Shown here: one piece after another, positions 18,516 to 27,126 of the stretch
How positions within the stretch are numbered: position 1 is the first letter of the stretch
Layout of the letters: the number at the start of each line of letters is the position of its first letter
Source of the DNA: Dehalococcoidia bacterium
GTDB taxonomy: Bacteria > Chloroflexota > Dehalococcoidia > Bin125
Direction of reading: 5' to 3'
Length of the DNA stretch: 64,000 nt
Assembly: GCA_965247775.1 (NCBI GenBank)
Contig: OZ252031.1
Coordinates: 1,692,855-1,756,854 of the forward strand
The notes under the pieces: model-generated
Database searches by the model: none
Seen by the model: the letters and a program-made list of their open reading frames with translations, nothing else
Told to the model about the DNA's origin: nothing
Position numbers and translations under genes: made by a program

Positions 18516-19190
18516 ATGCCGCGCACGCTGTTCACCGAGGCGCAAGCGCAGATCGAGGATGGGGTGCGCCTGCTGTCGTCGCGGGTGGAGAAGGCGGTGG
18601 TGGACTCGATGGAGGCGCTGCGCACGCGCAACATGACGCTGGCGCGGGCGGTGGTGGAGGGGGACGAGGAGGTGAACGGGGCGCGCTATGCGCTGGAGGA
18701 GCAGGTGCTGACGCTGATGGCGACGCAGGCGCCGGTGGCGTCGGATTTGCGGGAGCTGGTGTCGGTGCTGTCGATCGTGACGGACCTGGAGCGGATCGGG
18801 GATCACGCGGAGGGGATCGCGCGGATCGCGCTGTTCCTGGGGGAGGATCCGGTGGCGTCGTCGGAGCCGGAGCTGTGGGTGATGGCGGAGAAGGTGGGGC
18901 AGATGATGCGCTCGGCGATCACGGCCTTCCTGGAGCGGGACGAGGCGCTGGCGCGGGTGACGTGCGATCTGGACGACGACGTGGACGAGATCTATGACCG
19001 GATCCACCGGCACGTGATCCAGCAGTTGGCGGGGCTGCCGCTGGACGCGCGGGAGTTCGACGCGTACACGCACCTGCTGTGGACGTCGCACAATCTGGAG
19101 CGCATTGGCGATCGGGCGACGAACATCTGTGAGCGGGCGATCTTTCTGGTGACGGGCAAGCTGGAAGAGATCAACGTCTCGCGGTACTAG
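18516..19190 (+). CDS. phoU: phosphate signalling complex protein PhoU
   Basis: Two PhoU repeats (ExxxD motifs). ATG follows aaggag. Confidence 0.9.
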   Translation: MPRTLFTEAQAQIEDGVRLLSSRVEKAVVDSMEALRTRNMTLARAVVEGDEEVNGARYALEEQVLTLMATQAPVASDLRELVSVLSIVTDLERIGDHAEGIARIALFLGEDPVASSEPELWVMAEKVGQMMRSAITAFLERDEALARVTCDLDDDVDEIYDRIHRHVIQQLAGLPLDAREFDAYTHLLWTSHNLERIGDRATNICERAIFLVTGKLEEINVSRY

Positions 19191-19250
19191 GCGGGGGCGG
19201 TCCGGGCGGGGCGCTGGACGGGCGCAGCGGGGGGGCGCAGGCTAGAGGCC

Positions 19251-19790
19251 ATGGAAGTGCTGGTGATCGGGGCGATCCGGGTGGTCGGGTCGTTGCCGGT
19301 GCTGCGCTGGGCCTTCGTGGGCGGGTTGATCGCGGTCTTCGTCGACCTGAGCGATCTGCTGTGGATGAACCTGCTGCACCTGGGGGGGCTGGGGGACTAC
19401 CAGGAATTCGACAAGATCAGCGACCAGGTCTACCAGTTGGCCTTTCTCTGGGTGGCGTGGCGCTGGACGGGGCCGGCGCGGACGCTGGCGCTGGCGCTGT
19501 TCGCGTACCGGGCGGTGGGTTTCGTGGCGTTCGAGGCAAGCGGGGAGCGGACGGTGCTGCTGGCGTTCCCGAACGTGTTCGAGTTCTGGTTCCTGTTCGT
19601 GGCGAGTCTGCCGCACTGGCGGCCGGGCTTCCGTTTCCGGCGCGGGGCGACGGCGGCCTGGCTGGCGGGGCTGACGGCGCTGAAGGAGTTTCAGGAGTAC
19701 GTGCTGCACTGGGCGCAGTGGCTGGACGACTTCACCTTCGTGGAGGCGCTGGAGGCGATCGGGGACTTCTTCGCGGGGCCGTTCACGTAG
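19251..19790 (+). CDS. hypothetical polytopic membrane protein
   Basis: Several hydrophobic Trp/Phe-rich helices; 179 aa. Confidence 0.55.
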   Translation: MEVLVIGAIRVVGSLPVLRWAFVGGLIAVFVDLSDLLWMNLLHLGGLGDYQEFDKISDQVYQLAFLWVAWRWTGPARTLALALFAYRAVGFVAFEASGERTVLLAFPNVFEFWFLFVASLPHWRPGFRFRRGATAAWLAGLTALKEFQEYVLHWAQWLDDFTFVEALEAIGDFFAGPFT

Positions 19791-19815
19791 GGCGGCGGCG
19801 GGGCGAGGGGCGGGC

Positions 19816-20586
19816 TCAGCCGGGAGGGCGCTCGGTGAGGATTTCGCGGAGGAGGTAGCGGCGGGGTTCGAGGTCCCAGCGGACCAGGAGGTTGGGGGCG
19901 TCGACGGCGTACCAGACGGTCTGGCGGTCGATGCCGGGCCGGACTTCGAGCTGCCAGGCGAGGAAGTCGCCGGCGGGAGTGCGGATGAGGTCGCGGCCGC
20001 GGACGCGCAGGCCGACGAGCTGGGAGCGCTGGGCGAAGACGTTGACGGAGCGGTAGCTCAGGTCGAGGTCGGTTTGGAAGGGGAGGGCGCGCCAGAGCCA
20101 GGCGGAGGAATCGGTGTCGAAGGAGAAGTCGCCGAGTCCGAAGCGGCGCTCACGGACGTCGTCGCCATCGACGACGGTGCTGTCGACGATGCGCTGGCCG
20201 TCAGCGTCGAGGCCGTAGACGGCGGTGACCGCGATGCGCTCGCCGGGGGCGGTGGCGAGGCGCTCGTAGCGGAGGGGGGCGAGGGTGCGGGCGTCGACTT
20301 GGAGGCGGAGTTCATCCTCGGTGGCGCTGTCGGGGAGGAGGAAGGCGATGCGGAGGTGGAACTGGTCGCCGCGCCGTTCGATTTCGAAGTCGACGGTGCC
20401 CTGGGGCTGTTCGGTCTGGTCGGTGATGTCGTAGCGGAGGAGTTCGTAGTCAGGCCAGGGGATGCGGGCGACGGGGTCGGCGGGGTCGGGGAAGCCGGCG
20501 TCGGTGGCGCAGGCGGCGGCGAGCAGGGCCGGGATCGCGAGGGCGGCGAGGGCGAAGCGCAGGCGAGCCGGGGGGAGGGGCGTCAT
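19816..20586 (-). CDS. hypothetical lipoprotein
   Basis: Signal peptide plus lipobox LLAAAC. Confidence 0.55.
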   Translation of the reverse strand: MTPLPPARLRFALAALAIPALLAAACATDAGFPDPADPVARIPWPDYELLRYDITDQTEQPQGTVDFEIERRGDQFHLRIAFLLPDSATEDELRLQVDARTLAPLRYERLATAPGERIAVTAVYGLDADGQRIVDSTVVDGDDVRERRFGLGDFSFDTDSSAWLWRALPFQTDLDLSYRSVNVFAQRSQLVGLRVRGRDLIRTPAGDFLAWQLEVRPGIDRQTVWYAVDAPNLLVRWDLEPRRYLLREILTERPPG

Positions 20587-20616
20587 CGGGCGGGGGTCAC
20601 GGGGCTGGCCGGGGCA

Positions 20617-21663
20617 TCAGACGGGCACGGGGCCGGCGCGGGCGATGCGGTTGAGGGATTCGTCGATGTCCTGGTCGGTCACGCCGGCGTGGGTGACGAG
20701 CCGCGCGGTGGTGGCGGAGAGGATGGTGGCGAGGACGCCGCGCTGGGCGAGGCGCCGGCGGAAGGCGGGCGCGTCCGGGACGGGGACGACGATGATGTTG
20801 GTCTGGACGGACTGGGGCTGGAGGGGGTAGCCGAGTTCGGCCAGGCCGGCGGCGAGGCGGCGGGCGTTGCGGTGGTCGTCGGCGAGGCGGTCGACCATGG
20901 TGTCGAGGGCGACGAGGCCGGCAGCGGCGAGGATGCCCGCCTGGCGCAGGCCGCCGCCGAGCATTTTGCGCACCTTGCGGGCGCGAGCGATGAAGACGGC
21001 GCTGCCGCAGAGGAGGGATCCAACGGGGCAGGCGAGGCCTTTGGAGAGGCAGAAGCCGACGGAGTCGAAGGGGGCCGCGAGGCGGGCGGCGGGGACGCCG
21101 CTGGCGACCTGGGCGTTGAAGATGCGGGCGCCGTCGCAATGGGTGCGGAGACCGAGTTCGCGGGCGATCGCGGTGAGGGTGTCCGTCTCGTCGAGCGAGA
21201 GGACGGCGCCACCACAGAAGTTGTGCGTGTTCTCGAGGGCCAGGAGGGTGGTGGGGGGGTGGTGGATGTTGGCGTTGCGGGCGGCGCTGCGCACCTGGTC
21301 GGGGTCGAGGCCACCGTCGGGGCGGTTGGGGAGGTTGGTGAGGAGGAGGCCGCCGAGGCGCGCGGCGCCGCCGACCTCGGCGCGGAGGATGTGGGCCTGG
21401 TCGCCGAGGAGGACTTCGTCGCCGGGGGTGCAGTGGGTGAGGAGGGCGACGAGATTGGCCATGGTGCCGCTGGCGACGAAGAGGGCGGCCTCCTTGCCGA
21501 GGCGGGTGGCGGCGGCGGCTTCGAGGGCGTTGAGGGTGGGGTCTTCGCCGTAGACGTCGTCGCCGACCTCGGCGGCGGCCATCGCTTGGCGCATGGCGGG
21601 GGTGGGGCGGGTGACCGTGTCACTTCTGAGGTCGATGGGCCGGTCGATGGGAGGGCTGGCCAT
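20617..21663 (-). CDS. ltaE: low-specificity L-threonine aldolase (PLP-dependent)
   Basis: [23 protein letters not shown], and the PLP lysine region. Confidence 0.85.
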   Translation of the reverse strand: MASPPIDRPIDLRSDTVTRPTPAMRQAMAAAEVGDDVYGEDPTLNALEAAAATRLGKEAALFVASGTMANLVALLTHCTPGDEVLLGDQAHILRAEVGGAARLGGLLLTNLPNRPDGGLDPDQVRSAARNANIHHPPTTLLALENTHNFCGGAVLSLDETDTLTAIARELGLRTHCDGARIFNAQVASGVPAARLAAPFDSVGFCLSKGLACPVGSLLCGSAVFIARARKVRKMLGGGLRQAGILAAAGLVALDTMVDRLADDHRNARRLAAGLAELGYPLQPQSVQTNIIVVPVPDAPAFRRRLAQRGVLATILSATTARLVTHAGVTDQDIDESLNRIARAGPVPV

Positions 21664-21683
21664 GGGGGATCTCCAGGAGGGGG

Positions 21684-22121
21684 TCAGGAGGGGTCGCGCT
21701 CCCAGATGGTCTGGAAGCCTTCGCCGCCGCGGACGGCAGCCGAGAGGGTGGCGCGCTCCTCCTGGACGGCCTCGGCGAAGGCTTGGGCGATCTGGGGTTC
21801 AAGAGCGGAGTCGGTGGCCAGGAGTCGGTCGCGGATGCTGGCGAGGATGCCGGCGTCGTCCATGGCGGTGACGCTGCGTGGCCAGAGGAAAGACATGATG
21901 CGGTCGGGGAGGGGGAAGTTGGGGCGGAGGGCTTTGAGGCTGCGGAAGCGCTCCTCGACGGAGGAGGCGGGAGCGACGGCCTTGATCAGGGGGCCGTCGG
22001 ATTGGGCGGAGCGGAAGTCGATGAGGAGGCGCTTCTGGACGACCTGGAAACGGACGACAAGAACCTCGGCGCGTTCGATCACACGGGTGATCTCGGCCAG
22101 ATCCACCCCGTAATCGTCCAC
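21684..22121 (-). CDS. hypothetical protein
   Basis: GTG start preceded by caggaagggc (RBS). The N-terminal part of the longer track ORF lacks an RBS. Confidence 0.45.
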   Translation of the reverse strand: MDDYGVDLAEITRVIERAEVLVVRFQVVQKRLLIDFRSAQSDGPLIKAVAPASSVEERFRSLKALRPNFPLPDRIMSFLWPRSVTAMDDAGILASIRDRLLATDSALEPQIAQAFAEAVQEERATLSAAVRGGEGFQTIWERDPS

Positions 22122-22293
22122 GGGAGGCCCTTCCTGGTTGTCGTTGGGAGGCGCCGCCAGTCTATGGAGGGGGCTGGGACGGGTCAATTTCCGGCGGGGA
22201 TCGGACGACGATCAGGAGCGGGGTGGTGGACGGACCGCGGCGGCGGCGCAGCCGGAGGTGGGGGGCAGCGAGGCGCCGGTCGCCTCGAGCAGT

Positions 22294-22502
22294 CTACTCC
22301 GCTGCGGGGATGCCGAGGAGGCGGAGGCGAGCGGCATCGTAGGCGTCCTTGGCGCGAGCTTCGCGGTTGAGGAGCCCCTTGAGGCGGGGGGGGTCGAGGG
22401 GCTCGTCGTGCAGGAAGACGCGATGCAGGGTTTCGAGCTGGGTTTGCCAGCGCTGCCAGGCTTCCCGGTAGGCATCACGGACATGGGGGTCGATGTGGAT
22501 CA
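22294..22502 (-). CDS. hypothetical small protein (69 aa)
   Basis: Only the C-terminal 69 aa of the track ORF (MIHIDPHVRDAYREAWQRWQ...) is protein-like; the upstream part is Pro/Arg shadow. Confidence 0.4.
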
Positions 22503-22562
22503 TGGTGCGCCCAATCCGTCGGGTACGCTGGCGCGGGAGTATAGGCGGGGCGAAGGGGCGTG

Positions 22563-24128
22563 ATGCGGGTTCTCGGTGGAGGCAGGCCCGTCGTTGCTGG
22601 GCTGGCGCTGGCGGCGCTGGTGCTGGCGTCGTGTGGGGGCGGGACGGACGACGCGGTCGCGCCGGGGCCGGAAGCGGCGGGGGGGAGCGCGGGCGGGAGG
22701 GACGGCGATCCGGCGGCGGCCGACGCAGCGGCGGCCGAAGCACCCGCGATCGAAACGCCGGCGGCCGAAACGCCGACGGTCGAGGCGCCGACGCCGGAGG
22801 CGGACGTGGAGGCCGGGCCGGGGGACGGCGCGGCGGCGATGAGCACGCCAGCGCCGGGGGTGGAGGCAGCGGAGTGGGCGAACCCCCCGCAGGATCCCTG
22901 GATCGCCGACGAACTGGGCAAGCCCACGATGGACCGCTCCCTGGACCTGCTGATCGAGCTGCGGGACGAGGCGGATCTGGCGGTGGCGCGCCGGATCGGC
23001 GAGACGGTGGCGGCGCGCCGGGGCCTGCCGCTGCTGGAGGCGGTCCCCGTCTTCCTGCTGCGTCGTGAGGACGTGGGCGCGTTCTTCTTCGACGATCCGG
23101 ACGCGGAAGACGTGGCGAAGACGGAGTTCGTCGAGCGGCTACTGGCGCTGCTGGGGGTGATCGGGCGCGAGGTGTCGCTGAACGACCTCTTGCGCGACCT
23201 GTTCGAGGGGCTGGTGCTGGGGTTCTACGACTCCGACTTGCGGGCGTTCGTCGTGATCAGCGCCAACGACCACATCGCCGGGGGCGACGTGAGCACCATG
23301 ACGCACGAGTACGTACACGCGCTCCAGGACCAGCACTTCGCGATCAGCGACTATTTCGAGGAGCACGAGGACAACGGGGATCGGATCCTGGCGGCGCGCT
23401 TCGTGGTGGAGGGGGACGCGCGGCTGAGCGAGGCGCTGTTCCGCGACGTGGAGTCGGAACTCGCGGCGCAGCTAGAGCAGCGGCAGGACCGGCTGCCCGG
23501 GCTGAACGGGCGGGCGCCGGGGCGGCTGCAGGTGATCTTCAGCGCGCCCTACTTGAACGGGGTGAACGCGATTCAGGCGGTGCTGGCGCGGGAGGGGCAG
23601 GCGGGCGTCGATGCGCTGCTGGCAGCGCTGCCGCCATCGACGGAGCAGCTTCTACACCCGCAGAAGCTGGCGCTGGGGGAAGCGCCGCTGGCGGTGGAGG
23701 CGCCGGAGGTGGGAGAGGCGCTGGGGGAGGGCTGGTCGGTGCTGGGAACGACCACGTGGGGGGAGTTCCAGCTTCGGACGATGCTGGCCGGGGGAGTGGT
23801 GGGGGGAGCGGCGCGGGAGGCGGCGGCGGGGTGGGGGGGAGACCGGCTGCGGCTGTACCGGTCGGAGGAGGGGGACGGGGGCTTGCTGGCCTGGCGGCTG
23901 GACTGGGACGACGCGGATGAGGCGGCGGAGTTCTTCCGGGTGCTGCGTGACTGGATCCGGGGGCACACCGGCGCGGCGGTGCAGCGGGCGGGCGACGGCG
24001 GGGACGTGCGGGCGCTGGGGGAGGAGTTGTCGGCGTGGGGGCGGATCGCCGGGGCGACGACGTGGGTGGTGATCGGCGAGGAGGTGGGCGCGGTGGAGCG
24101 GGCGGCGCGGGCGCTGGGCGGGGTCTAG
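22563..24128 (+). CDS. secreted lipoprotein with HExxH zinc-metalloprotease-like motif (HEYVH)
   Basis: Lipobox LVLASC. Ala/Pro/Glu-rich linker. HEYVHALQDQH. Confidence 0.6.
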   Translation: MRVLGGGRPVVAGLALAALVLASCGGGTDDAVAPGPEAAGGSAGGRDGDPAAADAAAAEAPAIETPAAETPTVEAPTPEADVEAGPGDGAAAMSTPAPGVEAAEWANPPQDPWIADELGKPTMDRSLDLLIELRDEADLAVARRIGETVAARRGLPLLEAVPVFLLRREDVGAFFFDDPDAEDVAKTEFVERLLALLGVIGREVSLNDLLRDLFEGLVLGFYDSDLRAFVVISANDHIAGGDVSTMTHEYVHALQDQHFAISDYFEEHEDNGDRILAARFVVEGDARLSEALFRDVESELAAQLEQRQDRLPGLNGRAPGRLQVIFSAPYLNGVNAIQAVLAREGQAGVDALLAALPPSTEQLLHPQKLALGEAPLAVEAPEVGEALGEGWSVLGTTTWGEFQLRTMLAGGVVGGAAREAAAGWGGDRLRLYRSEEGDGGLLAWRLDWDDADEAAEFFRVLRDWIRGHTGAAVQRAGDGGDVRALGEELSAWGRIAGATTWVVIGEEVGAVERAARALGGV

Positions 24129-24436
24129 ATGAGGCGGCGCAAGATCTGGACCTGGGCGGACTCGAAGATCATGGCCGCGCGGACGCGCTGGCGGAGTTCG
24201 GAGAAGGTCTGGTCCTGGGCGGCCAGTTCTTCGAACTGCTCCAGCTCCTGCATGGAGTCGAAATGGGCGACGATCTTGACCTGGCTGGCGGGGCCGGTGA
24301 TGGAGTCCCAGACGGCGAAGTCGGCCTCGATGCCGCGCTGGGCCTGGTAGTCGAGGGCGGCTTCCACGGCGGCGAGGAACTCGCCGTGCTTGCCGGGAGC
24401 GACGTGTCCGGTGAGCACGCGCTGGTACATGGTCAT
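24125..24436 (-). CDS. small alpha/beta-barrel protein (ABM/Dabb-like)
   Basis: 103 aa. ATGA overlap with the mobA stop. Confidence 0.5.
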   Translation of the reverse strand: MTMYQRVLTGHVAPGKHGEFLAAVEAALDYQAQRGIEADFAVWDSITGPASQVKIVAHFDSMQELEQFEELAAQDQTFSELRQRVRAAMIFESAQVQILRRLI

Positions 24437-25125
24437 GGGGAGCCTCCCTGCGTAGGGCCCGGGGTGGCGAGAGGGGTTGGGGCGCTGGACGCGGCTTGGG
24501 CGAGGATGGCGGCGACGCGCCGGAGGTCGGCGGGGCGGTTGACGTTGGTCAAGGAGCGCAGGCCGGGATCGTGGGGGCGCAGGTCATTGAGGGGGAGGGC
24601 GCGGCCACGCACCCGCTGGAGGAGGAGGCGGGGGCGGCGCTCACCGGCGTCGAGCATGGCGGTGGCGGCGGGCAGACAGGCGCGGCGGTAGGCGGCGAGG
24701 AGGGGCTGGGCGCGGTCGCCATCGTGGGGCATGACGGCGTCGTAGTCGGCGGCGGCGGCGGCGAGGGCGCGGAGGAGGGCGGGGTTGAGGAGGGGCATAT
24801 CCGTGGCGACGACGAGGGCGATGTCGTGCTGGACGGCGGGGAGGGCGGCTTCGATGCCGGCGAGGGGGCCGGCGTCGTGGCGACGGTCGCGGACGACGCG
24901 CCAGGTGAGGTCCGAGGGGGGGGCGGGGAGGTCCTGGCGGGGACGGGCGACGACGACGAGGTCGTCGCTGACGCGGGCGAGGGCTTCGGCGGTCCAGTGC
25001 AAGAGGGGGCGGCCGGCCACCTTCGCGGTGGCCTTGTCGCGGCCGAGGCGGGAGCCGAAACCGCCGGCGAGGATGACGCCGCTGATGGGCTCGGGAGGGG
25101 GCACGTCGGTCGGGCGGGTCCGCAT
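24433..25125 (-). CDS. mobA: molybdenum cofactor guanylyltransferase
   Basis: GVILAGGFGSRLGRDKA nucleotide-binding motif. Confidence 0.8.
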   Translation of the reverse strand: MRTRPTDVPPPEPISGVILAGGFGSRLGRDKATAKVAGRPLLHWTAEALARVSDDLVVVARPRQDLPAPPSDLTWRVVRDRRHDAGPLAGIEAALPAVQHDIALVVATDMPLLNPALLRALAAAAADYDAVMPHDGDRAQPLLAAYRRACLPAATAMLDAGERRPRLLLQRVRGRALPLNDLRPHDPGLRSLTNVNRPADLRRVAAILAQAASSAPTPLATPGPTQGGSP

Positions 25126-25169
25126 CGTGGCGCGAGTGTAGGGCGCAGCGGGCGGATACGCTGGCGCCG

Positions 25170-25955
25170 ATGAGCGCGACGCCGCTGCACGAGGCGCTGG
25201 AGATCCCGCTGCCGGAGGCCGGGCGGCCGAGCCTGCTGGCCGTGGTGGGCGGGGGCGGCAAGACGACGCTGCTGTTCGCGCTGGGGGCGGAACGATCGGC
25301 CGCCGGGGGGGCGGCTGCGAGCGCCGTGAGCGTGCTGACGACGACGACGAAGTTCACGATCCCGGCGGCGGGGGCGGAGTTCCCGACGGTACTGGCGACG
25401 AATGTCCTGGTGCGGGCGGCGGCGATCGCGGAGGTGCAGGGGCGGGGGCCGGCGACGGTCCTGGTGGGGGCGGGGCGGGGGGAGCGGGGGCGGCTGCTGG
25501 GGGTGGAGGCGGAGTGGCCGTCGCAGGCGCTGGGGATCGCGGGGGTGACGTTCGTGGGGGTGGAGGCGGACGGGTCGGCGGGGCGGCCGTTCAAGGCGCC
25601 GGCGTCGCATGAGCCGGTGATGCCGGCGGGGGTCACGCACGTGGCGGCGGTGGTGGGCGTGGAGGCGCTGGGCAAGCCGCTGGAGGCGCGCTTCGTGCAT
25701 CGGCCGGAGCGGGTGATGGCGCTGACGGGGGCGCGCGAGGGGGCCGAGGTGACGGCTGGGATGATCGGGGCTGTGTTGTCGCACGCCGCCGGAGGCCGGA
25801 AGGGAGTTCCCGCCGCAGCGGCGTTCAGTGTCCTGGTGACACGGGCGGGACGCGACATCGAGGGAGCGCGGGCGATCGGGGCGGCATGCCGGGAACGGGG
25901 CGTCGAGCGGGCCGTCGCCTGGGATGCGACGGAGGCCGTGATCGAGGCGGTGTGA
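25170..25955 (+). CDS. yqeC: YqeC-family protein (putative selenium-dependent molybdenum hydroxylase accessory protein)
   Basis: P-loop LAVVGGGGKTTL, then VSVLTTTTKF and a conserved ALGKPL block, in the order expected for the YqeC family. Divergent from mobA. Confidence 0.6.
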   Translation: MSATPLHEALEIPLPEAGRPSLLAVVGGGGKTTLLFALGAERSAAGGAAASAVSVLTTTTKFTIPAAGAEFPTVLATNVLVRAAAIAEVQGRGPATVLVGAGRGERGRLLGVEAEWPSQALGIAGVTFVGVEADGSAGRPFKAPASHEPVMPAGVTHVAAVVGVEALGKPLEARFVHRPERVMALTGAREGAEVTAGMIGAVLSHAAGGRKGVPAAAAFSVLVTRAGRDIEGARAIGAACRERGVERAVAWDATEAVIEAV

Positions 25956-26031
25956 CGCCAGAGCGCCAGGGGTTGGGGCAGGACGGGTACGGGCAAATCT
26001 TCGCTGCGGTATTGTGCGTGCGGAAAGTGGG

Positions 26032-26835
26032 ATGAACGTCTGGAGGGACGCTGCGATGCGGGACCACGAACGGATGCTGAGGGACCCGATGGGCACGTTG
26101 CGGGGGGCGTGGGACGACACCGGCTGGCGCTTTGCATTGATCGCGGCGGCGCTGATCTTCGTACTCGAGACCGTCGTCGAGATCGTCGGGATGGAGCAGG
26201 GCAACGCCTGGTGGGCGGCGGAAATGCTCTCGATCGTCGTCGTCGCGCGATGGCTGGCGGGACGGCCAGTGCGCGGCACGCTGACCGACACGGAGAACAT
26301 GACCGTGGTCCTTGCGGTCGTCGGCTTGCTGATGGCCGAAGGGGTGCTGGCCTATACGACGGTGTCGGACAGCTTTGCGGCCCAGCCGATCTTCTGGCCG
26401 TTCTCCGTGATGCTGATGCTCACGGTGATCGCGGCGCGGATCGCGGCGCCGTACGTGATGCGTCCGCTGAACGCGTGGGTGATCATCTACGCGTTTCTTT
26501 CCTTCTGGCTGCATCTGACGATGTGGACGTCGGAGCTGTCGTTCGTGGACCCGCCGTTTACGTGGGCGCTTGCGCTGACTTCGCTCGCGCTGATCGCGCG
26601 CTGGATCGCCGGGCGTGGGTTCGCTGGGCCGATGCGGAGCCCCCTCAACGTGACGCTCGGGATCTATGTGTATCTGCTCTGGTGGCTTGAATACGGCATC
26701 AACGAGAGCGGGATCGGGGCGGATCCGTGGGGGAACCAGGAACTGTACTGGCCCTGGATCCTGGCGACGCTGGGTCTGGCGCTCGGCGTGCGGATCATTG
26801 CGCCGCATCTCGCGGCGCGCGTGGGCGGGGACTAG
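26032..26835 (+). CDS. hypothetical Trp-rich polytopic membrane protein
   Basis: Lower local GC; 6-7 predicted TM helices. Start ATG 26032 or upstream GTG 26014. Confidence 0.55.
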   Translation: MNVWRDAAMRDHERMLRDPMGTLRGAWDDTGWRFALIAAALIFVLETVVEIVGMEQGNAWWAAEMLSIVVVARWLAGRPVRGTLTDTENMTVVLAVVGLLMAEGVLAYTTVSDSFAAQPIFWPFSVMLMLTVIAARIAAPYVMRPLNAWVIIYAFLSFWLHLTMWTSELSFVDPPFTWALALTSLALIARWIAGRGFAGPMRSPLNVTLGIYVYLLWWLEYGINESGIGADPWGNQELYWPWILATLGLALGVRIIAPHLAARVGGD

Positions 26836-27126
26836 CAGTGGCGTTCGCGCGATCGACGTTTGGCGCGACGCGTCCTCGTCGGCTCCGTTTCCGCGCGCGC
26901 CGCGTCGCGGTGCAGGCGCGGGGGGGACGTGGCTGCGACTCGTCGATGAGTACGCGGCCAGGGAGGAAGCGGAGTTCTGCGCGGTCCTGCGGGAGTTGTT
27001 CGTCGAGCGGCCGCGGGATCTGTCGAGCGTCGAGCCAGCCGTCTCCGAGGAGTTGCAGCGGTTCTAGCGGCAGGATCTGGCGGCGCGGCGGGCGCAGGGC
27101 GCGCCGGCCGAGCAGTGCTGGCGCGC

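Noticed and set aside
26836-27126. Protein-like C-terminal peptide (TWLRLVDEYAAREEAEFCAVLRELFVERPRDLSSVEPAVSEELQRF) in the spacer after the membrane protein gene
   Set aside because: No in-frame start codon or RBS. Its upstream frame overlaps the membrane-protein gene in another frame. Possibly a gene remnant, but unsupported.
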